A stretch of DNA of 16,504 nt from Candidatus Woesearchaeota archaeon (GCA_019322815.1 JAHWIB010000028.1:1-16504); one strand, 5' to 3'. Counted from the first letter of the stretch, positions 6,501 through 11,934 are shown. Program-made: numbers and translations. The notes: a model not told the origin generated them from the sequence alone.

Positions 6501-7105
6501 TCTGCATAGTGAACTCCTACATCATCTCCAGGGCTTGTTCCCCATGGGCATCCATAATCTGTCTGGATATCTTCTCCGCATTTATAGCTTGGAAGCCTAT
6601 AGTTACATGTTGATAAATCACAGCAAACACCGCTTCCACATTGACCAAAGGTTATATCTACATTCTGAGGAGAAGTGGTGCAGTCCCCTGTATAAGGGCC
6701 ATTGTTTATTTCAGAAATACTATAAATTTCTATTGTGTTTCCTTCTGTTCCTCCTGCAAAACTTCCTAATTCTTCGGTAAAAGTGTGGCTATAATCAACA
6801 TACGCACAGTAAGTTGGACTTTCTACAGCCTGAAAAAATTTTGTAATTCCAGTTATATAATCATCACCTACTACATCATCTTCCCAAAGATATATATCAA
6901 TTTCAACAGAACCAAAGTTATTAGCACATTCAAGCATTTCTAATGCACTCAAATAATATCTTCCGCTGACAGTAATATCAACATATTCTCCGTCACATGC
7001 AGATGATTGAACACCTATAGAACATGATGCAGATACATTCAAAGCTAATAAAATAAAAGAGAGACCACATAATAAAATTAAAAATAATCTTTTACTAACC
7101 ACCAT
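3554..7105 (-). CDS. giant secreted cysteine-rich repeat protein (1183 aa): signal peptide, N-terminal domain, 3 Cys modules, propeller-like repeats, 7 Cys modules, Cys-rich tail
   Basis: Uninterrupted 3.5-kb ORF. N-terminal signal-like segment LFLILLCGLSFILLALNVSAS. Ten ~67-aa modules containing ...DCGTDGWVGSTYCSG(D/N)DVWQDYRTYTCSNPGTPSSSCS..., each with 8 Cys. Five to six ~42-aa blades (DKIYK..DG......F..P......G...DG..LW). No C-terminal transmembrane segment. Stop is TGA. Confidence 0.85.
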   Translation of the reverse strand: MVVSKRLFLILLCGLSFILLALNVSASCSIGVQSSACDGEYVDITVSGRYYLSALEMLECANNFGSVEIDIYLWEDDVVGDDYITGITKFFQAVESPTYCAYVDYSHTFTEELGSFAGGTEGNTIEIYSISEINNGPYTGDCTTSPQNVDITFGQCGSGVCCDLSTCNYRLPSYKCGEDIQTDYGCPWGTSPGDDVGVHYADKYCSGSSSSCTGSIMWGAWSVQDNCNSDEMCIDNNPSCQAVGCSSDSDCGTDGWVGSTYCSGNDVYQSYRTYDCNNPGTPSSSCSSTDTPTLKQNCPDTCSGGSCVGIACYSDLDCGTDGWAGSNYCSGGDVYRDYRTYDCNNPGTPSSSCSSSTTPNMIESCPDECQAGACVSIECSSNSDCGVDWYVGYPYCNSGDVWWDYRTYICINPGTTSSSCSHSTTPQLYTSCSDGCDGGQCIVDGYLWYVDWWNDKIYKLTTDGTVVDSFNSPGSASTGITWDGSHLWIVDAQADKVYKVTTFGIIVDTINAPSSSASGLTWCKSYLWVSDSTDDKIYRMSTDGTVSDSFNTPGDYPYGLGCANDYWILNADMVDQKVYSIEWFSGVAHSDHNAPSSSPYGIAYDGSFYWSSDYTNKRVYKLDPGFTVLANFIPPGIYGGALDFQPASEVIECYSTSDCDSDGYVGDTYCTSDDVYQDYRTYSCTNPGTTSSACSYSDSSQLIEDCGTGSCGSWSSNYCKSGDVYKSRTCYNRGCLSGACYESEYIEEQLVQTCADACWSGSCTTISCYTDSDCGTNTWVGSSYCNGNDLWQDYRTYTCSNPGTPSSSCSYSDNGQLKQDCPDTCYSNACATIECYSNSDCGTNTWIGSTYCSGDNVWQGYRTYTCSSPGTPSSSCSYSDNNQLKETCPDTCSGGSCDPISCYNDAECGTDGWVGSTYCSGDDVWQDYRTYTCSNPGTSSSSCSSSITSSLKETCTEICYEGSCATIECYNDAECGTDGWVGSTYCSGDDVWQDYRTYTCSNPGTALASCSYSDASQSKEICTDTCESGLCVAVECYDDNDCTADYWLDNDYCNGDNVWDTFRDYSCSNPGTGSSSCDYADNNQLKETCTDTCYQGNCAAIECYYDSDCGTDDFIGNEYCNADDVWDYYRTYICNNPGTPSASCSYSDNGQLIEQCPKGCTLGRCINCIKVCSFGKCYEYCDE
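3611..5155 (-). repeat. C-terminal array of seven ~201-bp (67-aa) Cys-rich coding modules, plus one degenerate unit
   Basis: Protein residues about 651-1165. The YRTY.C.NPGT motif recurs with a 67-aa period. The DNA period of 201 bp is confirmed by the perfect duplicate at 4092-4202 and 4293-4403. Confidence 0.8.
4092..4403 (-). repeat. pair of perfectly identical 111-bp segments (4092-4202 and 4293-4403), offset 201 bp
   Basis: Direct comparison of the sequence. Both copies read gttcctgggttgctgcaagtataagttctgtaatcctgccagacatcatctccgctacagtatgtactgcctacccatccgtctgttccgcattcagcatcattataacat. They encode the identical 37 aa CYNDAECGTDGWVGSTYCSGDDVWQDYRTYTCSNPGT in modules 7 and 8. Confidence 0.9.
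5156..5779 (-). other. beta-propeller-like internal domain of the giant protein (5-6 blades of ~42 aa; NHL/YncE-like pattern)
   Basis: Residues about 443-650. Repeated pattern [LY]W..D...DK[IV]Y[KR]....G.....[FI]..P.....G[IL]. Family assignment is tentative. Confidence 0.5.
5780..6373 (-). repeat. N-terminal array of three ~201-bp Cys-rich coding modules
   Basis: Protein residues about 245-442. Same module consensus as 3611-5155 (DCGTDGW.GS.YCSG.DVY..YRTYDCNNPGTPSSSCS). Confidence 0.75.
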
Positions 7106-7135
7106 TTTCCCCTTTTATTAGTATATTCTTTAAAA

Positions 7136-7143
7136 TATATAAA
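7136..7143 (-). promoter_or_regulatory. possible TATA box (TTTATATA on the minus strand) for the giant-protein operon
   Basis: First T lies 38 nt upstream of the ATG at 7105, implying a short leader. Divergent from the tRNA-Met promoter. Confidence 0.35.
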
Positions 7144-7165
7144 GGTTATGTAAAAGCGAAGATTT

Positions 7166-7173
7166 TTTAAATA
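7166..7173 (+). promoter_or_regulatory. archaeal-type TATA box TTTAAATA for tRNA-Met/Ile2(CAT)
   Basis: First T lies 31 nt upstream of the mature 5' end at 7197. The octamer is identical to the one upstream of tRNA-Ala. Confidence 0.55.
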
Positions 7174-7196
7174 TCTTTTAAATCTTTTTCTCTAAT

Positions 7197-7360
7197 GGCG
7201 GTATAACTCAGCCTGGTTAGAGTGTTACGCTCATAAAAGTTGAGCGCTGAGGCTTTATGCCAATGATCTAAACTCGACCATGAATCGTAAAAGTCCCGAG
7301 TTCAAATATCCTAAAGGGAGACCACAAATCCCTCAGGATTTGAGAGTCTCGGTACCGCCA
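7197..7360 (+). tRNA. tRNA with CAT anticodon (elongator Met or Ile2) carrying two introns (anticodon loop, about 49 nt; T-loop region, about 40 nt)
   Basis: Hand fold:
- Acceptor GGCGGTA (7197-7203) pairs perfectly with TACCGCC (7353-7359); discriminator A7360.
- D arm ACTC / AGCCTGGTTA / GAGT.
- Anticodon stem TTACG (7225-7229) pairs with CGTAA (7286-7290). The loop starts CTCATA, giving anticodon CAT at 7232-7234.
- Intron 1, about 7236-7285, contains TGAGCG, which can pair with the CGCTCA of the anticodon region.
- T stem CCGAG (7296-7300) pairs with CTCGG (7348-7352). T-loop TTCAAAT is followed or interrupted by about 40 nt (about 7306/7308 to 7345/7347).
- Not an initiator: G1:C72 and an AU-rich anticodon stem. 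Confidence 0.75.
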
Positions 7361-7361
7361 C

Positions 7362-7376
7362 TTTTTTTTGTTTTTT
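7362..7376 (+). terminator. oligo-T terminator (T8 then T6) directly after tRNA-Met
   Basis: T8 at 7362-7369 and T6 at 7371-7376, starting 2 nt after the discriminator base. Typical archaeal (RNAP or Pol III-like) oligo-T termination signal. Confidence 0.55.
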
Positions 7377-7561
7377 ATATTTTTTAATATGTTTTGGATT
7401 AATAAAACCTATTTTTGATCTAAATAACTCTAAATTTCTTTTCCAGGGATTATGATCCAGAAGAATGCGAAAAAAATGGAGCAGGATCCCCTTATAAATT
7501 TTTATTCAAAACAAAAAAAGATATTGAGAAATATGTTCAGGAAAAAACAAAAATAAAAGAA

Positions 7562-8941
7562 TTATAATTCTACTTTCTCTCCAATCTTTGGGATATGGCT
7601 ATTAAATCCTATCTTATTTAATCTTTCTTTTAAAGCTTTAGAAGATTTATATTCTCCATGTATAATGAATATTTTTTTAGGCTTTTTAACAAAACCTTTG
7701 CTCCATCTAACCAATTCATTATAATCAGCATGAGCAGAAAAGCTGTTTATTTTTTGTATATCTGCATTCACATCAACAACCATTCCCATCATCCTTGCCT
7801 CTTTTGCGCCTTCTAAAAGATATCTTCCCAAAGTTCCTTCTGCCTGGTAACCTACAAACAACACGATGTTTTTAGGATCCCATAATCCATGCCTTAGATG
7901 GTGCCTTATTCTTCCTGCAGTGCACATGCCGCTTCCTGCAATTATAACGCACGGCTTATTATAATTATTTAATTTCTTTGAATCCCTTGCAGTAGGGGTA
8001 TATTCAAGATTAGAAAACCTGAAAGGATTCTTGTATCTGGTCAATGCCTCTTCGTCAAAGAATTCATGATGCTTTTTGAATATCTCTGTTGCTTTTATTG
8101 CCAGAGGACTGTCAAGAAATATCTTCATATCTGGAAATTTTCCCTGCTTGATCAGTTTGTTAAATGAATAAAGCAGCTCCTGTGTCCTTTCAATTGCAAA
8201 AGAAGGTATTAATAGTTTTCCTTTTCTTTTATAGGCCTCTTTTGAGTATTTTAACAGTAAACTATCCCTGTCAGCAATCTCTTCATGAAGCCTGTCACCA
8301 TAAGTTGATTCAATTAAAACATAATCTGCGTCATCTATCATAGTGGGGTCCTCTATAATTGGAACATCCCACTGCCCTAAATCTCCAGAAAAAACAATCT
8401 TTTTTTCTCTGCCCTTTTCTTCAACAAACATCTCAATTATCGATGAGCCTATGATATGGCCTGCATCCTTATATCTGACCTTAATATTTTTTTCAATATT
8501 ATACAATTTGTTATAATCAACTTTTTTAAACAGAGGTATTGAAGCGCTGACATCTCTATCAGTATACAAAGGCTCTCTCTGCGGAAGGCCTTGTCTTCTA
8601 AGCCTCTTGTTCTCATGCTCATTTTCCATGTATTGGATATGAGCAGAATCATCAAGCATTATCCTGCATAAATCAATTGTTGCAGAAGTTGCGAAGATTT
8701 TTCCTCTGAAGCCATACTTTACTAATTTAGGAATCAGGCCGGAATGGTCAATATGTGCATGGGTAAGGAAAAGATAATCAATTTTCTTTGGATCAAATAA
8801 AAAAGGCTTGTAATTTAATCTTGTTATATCCTTGGTTCCCTGAAACATCCCGCAGTCAACTAATACTTTGCTCTTTCCAGCCTCAATCAAATAACAAGAA
8901 CCAGTAACTATCCTAGCTGCCCCGCAAAAAGTTATCTTCAT
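7562..8941 (-). CDS. beta-CASP family MBL-fold ribonuclease (aCPSF2 / RNase J-like, no KH domains)
   Basis: Metallo-beta-lactamase motif HAHIDHSG. N-terminal MKITFCGAARIVTGSCYL....VLVDCGMFQG is typical of beta-CASP RNA-metabolising enzymes. C-terminal ...SAHAD... and IIHGE motifs. 459 aa. Confidence 0.85.
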   Translation of the reverse strand: MKITFCGAARIVTGSCYLIEAGKSKVLVDCGMFQGTKDITRLNYKPFLFDPKKIDYLFLTHAHIDHSGLIPKLVKYGFRGKIFATSATIDLCRIMLDDSAHIQYMENEHENKRLRRQGLPQREPLYTDRDVSASIPLFKKVDYNKLYNIEKNIKVRYKDAGHIIGSSIIEMFVEEKGREKKIVFSGDLGQWDVPIIEDPTMIDDADYVLIESTYGDRLHEEIADRDSLLLKYSKEAYKRKGKLLIPSFAIERTQELLYSFNKLIKQGKFPDMKIFLDSPLAIKATEIFKKHHEFFDEEALTRYKNPFRFSNLEYTPTARDSKKLNNYNKPCVIIAGSGMCTAGRIRHHLRHGLWDPKNIVLFVGYQAEGTLGRYLLEGAKEARMMGMVVDVNADIQKINSFSAHADYNELVRWSKGFVKKPKKIFIIHGEYKSSKALKERLNKIGFNSHIPKIGEKVEL

Positions 8942-8964
8942 ATTTATTATTCTTTTTTTTATAC

Positions 8965-8972
8965 TATATAAA
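8965..8972 (-). promoter_or_regulatory. TATA box (TTTATATA on the minus strand) for the beta-CASP RNase gene; leaderless spacing
   Basis: First T lies 31 nt upstream of the ATG at 8941. Confidence 0.5.
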
Positions 8973-8991
8973 ATTAACTATAGAAGCAAGG

Positions 8992-8999
8992 TTTATAAA
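8992..8999 (+). promoter_or_regulatory. TATA box TTTATAAA for the 9024..9278 gene; leaderless spacing
   Basis: First T lies 32 nt upstream of the ATG at 9024. Confidence 0.5.
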
Positions 9000-9023
9000 T
9001 TTTAAAATAATTGTAAGTTTACA

Positions 9024-9278
9024 ATGAAAAGAAAAAAGAAGTTATGGGTCCAGACTGTAAAAACAGTATCTACTTCTCCTCCAGAAGGCATATTTACAAA
9101 GGATGCTAAAACAATAGCAAAGATATTGGCCAAGCCTGAAGTTAGCCCAAAAGGAATAGGATCTGCTATCAAAATGGTCCAATATTTTATCAACAGAGCA
9201 GGAAAAGGGCTGAGCAAAGCAAGAAAAAGAGAATTAGAAAAAGCAAAGAAGATTCTACAGGAGATGAAGGAGAAATAA
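9024..9278 (+). CDS. DUF3175-like small protein (84 aa)
   Basis: The pattern ...SAIKMVQYFINRAGKGLSKARKRELEKAKKIL matches my recollection of the DUF3175 family C-terminal consensus (FYINRAGK.L...R...LE.AK). Own TATA at leaderless spacing. Confidence 0.6.
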   Translation: MKRKKKLWVQTVKTVSTSPPEGIFTKDAKTIAKILAKPEVSPKGIGSAIKMVQYFINRAGKGLSKARKRELEKAKKILQEMKEK

Positions 9279-9292
9279 GCTGCCAGAAAAAT

Positions 9293-9637
9293 TTAAAAAA
9301 GTTTATGATCAGCTGGTCTTACATTACAACCATTAATAGAATTATCTCTTTCTAAATCATCTAATGTGTAATCTTTATCTGGAGTTTGTAAATTTTCTAT
9401 TAACCTTCTTGAACCTTTTTTACTTAATAATACTTTTTTTGTTTCTGGATCATAAGTTTTTAGAATTTTTCTATACCAGTGCATATGTTTTCCCATATCA
9501 TGTGCTTCTATATCATGTGACTGATACTGTAATCATCTACCTTCTATTAGTAAACCTTCTAAATCTATTCCATGTTCTAAAGCCCTGTATAAAGGAAAAG
9601 GTGTTCTTAAACTTTCATCTGTTATTATCCGTGGCAT
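9293..9637 (-). pseudogene. 114-codon reading frame interrupted by a single in-frame TGA (codon 35, 9533-9535); unknown family
   Basis: Minus-strand translation from the ATG at 9637 gives MPRIITDESLRTPFPLYRALEHGIDLEGLLIEGR-TGA-LQYQSHDIEAHDMGKHMHWYRK.... This continues in the same frame into the 67-aa track ORF (9293..9496). A TATA box (9661-9668) lies 31 nt upstream of the 9637 ATG, not of the internal ATG at 9496. Confidence 0.5.
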
Positions 9638-9660
9638 TTATCCATATTAAATTTAAGTTT

Positions 9661-9668
9661 TTTATAAA
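9661..9668 (-). promoter_or_regulatory. TATA box (TTTATAAA, palindromic) for the interrupted ORF starting at 9637
   Basis: First T on the minus strand, at 9668, lies 31 nt upstream of the ATG at 9637. Confidence 0.45.
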
Positions 9669-9698
9669 GTTTATGAAGGTATTTAAAATGAAATAAAG

Positions 9699-9781
9699 CG
9701 CCAGCAGCAGGATTCGAACCTACAAGGGCAAAGCCCAGTCGCTTTCGAGGCGACCGCACTACCAGGTTATGCGATGCTGGC
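9699..9781 (-). tRNA. tRNA-Ser(CGA), class II, intronless, no encoded CCA
   Basis: Hand fold of the reverse complement:
- Acceptor GCCAGCA / TGCTGGC, discriminator G.
- D arm GCAT / AACCTGGTA / GTGC.
- Anticodon arm GTCGC / CTCGAAA / GCGAC, anticodon CGA.
- Long variable arm TGGGCTTTGCCCTT.
- T arm GTAGG / TTCGAAT / CCTGC.
Total 83 nt. Confidence 0.9.
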
Positions 9782-9805
9782 ACAAAGAATAAATTAGAGA
9801 ATAGT

Positions 9806-9813
9806 AATTTAAA
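9806..9813 (-). promoter_or_regulatory. TATA box (TTTAAATT on the minus strand) for tRNA-Ser
   Basis: First T, at 9813, lies 32 nt upstream of the mature 5' end at 9781. Confidence 0.5.
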
Positions 9814-9823
9814 TAATTTCTTA

Positions 9824-10282
9824 TTAATTCAATAAAACAATAGAAATATTGAGCACAGCAGCAAAGCTAACCCATAATATATAAGGAATGAACAAGTAAG
9901 CAGATATTTTATTTATTCTGTAAAAATATATTATTGTAATCAATATAGCAGCCCATAAGAATATTATTTCTATAAAAGCAAATAAGGGATTTTGCAAGCC
10001 AAAAAATAAGACTGACCACAAAGCATTCAGAAATAATTGGATACCAAAAACAGTGAAGGCTTTCTTGTCGTATCTTTTGATCCAAACTAAATAAAGAGAA
10101 ATTCCCATCAGCAAATATAAAATTGTCCAGACAGGGCCAAACACCCAACTAGGAGGATTGAAGCTTGGCTTAATTAATGTAATATACCATGTAGAAACAG
10201 ACTGTGAAGTGAAAAATCCTCCAATAACACTTGCTAAAAAAGGAAGCAGTATTGAAATTATTAATTTCCATATCTTTTTCAT
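9824..10282 (-). CDS. tspO: TspO/MBR family tryptophan-rich sensory protein
   Basis: Five-TM 152-aa protein carrying WY..L.KPSFNPPSWVFGPVWTILYLLMG, characteristic of TspO. A TATA-like TATTTATA starts 32 nt upstream of the ATG. Confidence 0.85.
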   Translation of the reverse strand: MKKIWKLIISILLPFLASVIGGFFTSQSVSTWYITLIKPSFNPPSWVFGPVWTILYLLMGISLYLVWIKRYDKKAFTVFGIQLFLNALWSVLFFGLQNPLFAFIEIIFLWAAILITIIYFYRINKISAYLFIPYILWVSFAAVLNISIVLLN

Positions 10283-10327
10283 GAATTAATTCAATAACTT
10301 AATAAATATAAATAATTTTCTAATATC

Positions 10328-10759
10328 ATGAGATTATGGAGTATACATCCAAAGTATCTTGACTGCAAGGGGATTTTAGGATTATGGAGAGAAGCATTAT
10401 TAGCTAAAAAAGTGTTGGAGGGTAAAACTAAAAGTTATGTTAATCATCCCCAGTTGGAAAGATTCAAAGAACAAAAAGAGCCTGTTAAGTTCATTAAAAC
10501 TTATTTATTATATATCTGGAAAGAATCTGATAAAAGATGTTATAGATTTGACAAAACAAAAATTGGAAGAGGTTTTACAAATAAAAAGATAAAAACAACA
10601 GAAGGCCAGATTAAATATGAATTTAAGCATCTGAAAGATAAGCTTAAAAAAAGAAACACAATTAAATACAAAGAATTAATGAGAATTAAAAAAATTGAAC
10701 CAAATCCTTTATTTAAAATAATAAAAGGCCCAATAGAAAGATGGGAGAAACAAAAATGA
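10328..10759 (+). CDS. pyrimidine dimer DNA glycosylase / endonuclease V (DenV-like) family protein
   Basis: The N-terminus MRLWSIHPKYLDCKGILGLWREALLAKKVLEGKTKSYVNHPQL matches the conserved start of this family as I recall it (MRLWSLHPKYLD.KGLVALWREALLAQ.VL.G.T.GY.NHPQL). Stop is TGA. Confidence 0.8.
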   Translation: MRLWSIHPKYLDCKGILGLWREALLAKKVLEGKTKSYVNHPQLERFKEQKEPVKFIKTYLLYIWKESDKRCYRFDKTKIGRGFTNKKIKTTEGQIKYEFKHLKDKLKKRNTIKYKELMRIKKIEPNPLFKIIKGPIERWEKQK

Positions 10760-11286
10760 AAAAACTATTGCTGCATGTATGCTGCGCACCTTGCTCAACA
10801 CATGTAATTAATGTTCTGAAACAAAATTATGACTTAACTTTGTTTTTCTATAATCCAAATGTAGAGCCGTTGAATGAGTATTCTTTAAGATTAGAAGCAG
10901 CTGAAAAGTTTGCAGAAGAGATAGATATTCCAATGATTGTGGGAGATTATGATGCAATTGAATGGAACAATGCAATAAAAGGCCATGAAAATGACGAAGA
11001 AGGTGGAGAAAGATGTTCTATCTGTTTTAGATTCAGGTTAGAAAAGACTGCACAGACTGCTAAAGAAAAAGGATTTGATTTGTTTACAACAACATTAACT
11101 GTTTCTCCTTATAAAAATGCTCCTGTTATTAATCAAATTGGAAAGGAATTATCTGAAAAATATAATATTGAGTTTTTAGAATCTGATTTTAAAAAAGAAG
11201 ATGGTTATGCACATAGTATTAAGCTGAGCAAAGAGCATGGATTATACAGGCAGGATTACTGCGGATGTTTATTTTCCAAGAAATAA
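10756..11286 (+). CDS. queH: epoxyqueuosine reductase QueH (DUF208)
   Basis: LLLHVCCAPCS near the N-terminus, the RCSICFRFRLEKTA motif and the TTTLTVSPYKN motif are typical of QueH. The ATG at 10756 overlaps the upstream TGA (ATGA) and is preceded by GGGAG. The track start at 10741 would lie inside the upstream gene. Confidence 0.85.
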   Translation: MKKLLLHVCCAPCSTHVINVLKQNYDLTLFFYNPNVEPLNEYSLRLEAAEKFAEEIDIPMIVGDYDAIEWNNAIKGHENDEEGGERCSICFRFRLEKTAQTAKEKGFDLFTTTLTVSPYKNAPVINQIGKELSEKYNIEFLESDFKKEDGYAHSIKLSKEHGLYRQDYCGCLFSKK

Positions 11287-11297
11287 AATAAAAAAAT

Positions 11298-11630
11298 TTA
11301 TCTCCTTAGTTTTGCTGTAAATAAAATACCAAAGGAGACGATTAATCCATATGCTATAAGAATCTTATCAAGAGACACGTAGTTCATCAAGAACAATATT
11401 ATTCCTACAATCAATGCTGCTAATCCTGTAATTAAGAGGAAAATCTCTATAGTGCTTCTGAATACCTGGGCTTTAAATCCATATAATGCATCTAAAACAC
11501 TCTCTTTAATCTCCTCTACTCTTTTCACATATTTCTGGCCTAAATAATTTGCTGTTATCTGAGAAATCAAATCAACATAACTTACAACTTTTCCAACTTT
11601 TTTTACTTTGCTCTTGATTTTTGAAATCAT
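11298..11630 (-). CDS. small membrane protein (110 aa; amphipathic N-terminal region plus two TM segments), YqjE/DUF1469-like topology
   Basis: The start ATG overlaps the stop of the upstream DUF883-like gene (ATGA). Two hydrophobic segments (IFLLITGLAALIVGIILFLM and ILIAYGLIVSFGILF). The family call rests on topology and gene context only. Confidence 0.5.
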   Translation of the reverse strand: MISKIKSKVKKVGKVVSYVDLISQITANYLGQKYVKRVEEIKESVLDALYGFKAQVFRSTIEIFLLITGLAALIVGIILFLMNYVSLDKILIAYGLIVSFGILFTAKLRR

Positions 11631-11887
11631 TTTCTTCTCTTTTTAGCTAATGCTCCAACTGCTGCTCCTAATGCTGCTCCAATTCCTGCTGCAATTGCAG
11701 CTGCTTTTTCTGGATTTTTCTTGACATATTCTCTTACTTGTTTTTCATGCTTAGCAAATTTGGCTTTTGCTTTTTTCATCTCAGCAACTGCCATTCTTTC
11801 ATATTTTTTAATCTCTGCTTTAATATCTTTTTTAGAAGTAGGTTTTTTTGCTTTTTTAGCTGTTTTTTTAGCTTTCTTTTTTGCCAT
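11627..11887 (-). CDS. DUF883 (ElaB/YqjD/YgaM)-like tail-anchored protein (86 aa)
   Basis: The C-terminus EYVKKNPEKAAAIAAGIGAALGAAVGALAKKRRK resembles the DUF883 C-terminal consensus (YV.ENPW.A.G.AA..G...G.LL.RR). Lys-rich helical N-terminus. GAGGTG Shine-Dalgarno at 11893-11900. TTTAAATA about 46 nt upstream of the ATG. Confidence 0.6.
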   Translation of the reverse strand: MAKKKAKKTAKKAKKPTSKKDIKAEIKKYERMAVAEMKKAKAKFAKHEKQVREYVKKNPEKAAAIAAGIGAALGAAVGALAKKRRK

Positions 11888-11934
11888 TATAATTCACCTC
11901 TTTTAACAGAGATTATTAAATCAACTATTTAAAT

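Noticed and set aside
3653-6780. Plus-strand ORFs of 60-113 aa inside the giant gene (3653, 3922, 4273, 4633, 6034, 6481), two of which share an identical peptide, plus the minus-strand 5725..5907 alternative frame.
   Set aside because: These are antisense or alternative-frame shadows of a repetitive 3.5-kb coding region. Their apparent repeat conservation simply mirrors the 201-bp coding repeat. None has a promoter or SD signal.
7452-7556. 34-codon basic ORF (MIQKNAKKMEQDPLINFYSKQKKILRNMFRKKQK) in the spacer between tRNA-Met and the beta-CASP gene.
   Set aside because: Very short and low-complexity, with only a weak TATA-like tract at the expected distance. Cannot be supported from sequence alone.
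9533-9535. In-frame TGA as selenocysteine, or as evidence for a UGA-recoded genetic code.
   Set aside because: There is no nearby Cys or redox motif and no obvious SECIS-like hairpin downstream. At least four other genes in the window terminate cleanly at TGA, which argues against code 4/25-type reassignment.
10741-10755. Upstream ATG for queH (MGETK...).
   Set aside because: It lies inside the DenV-like gene. The ATG at 10756 forms the typical ATGA stop-start overlap and gives the canonical QueH N-terminus.
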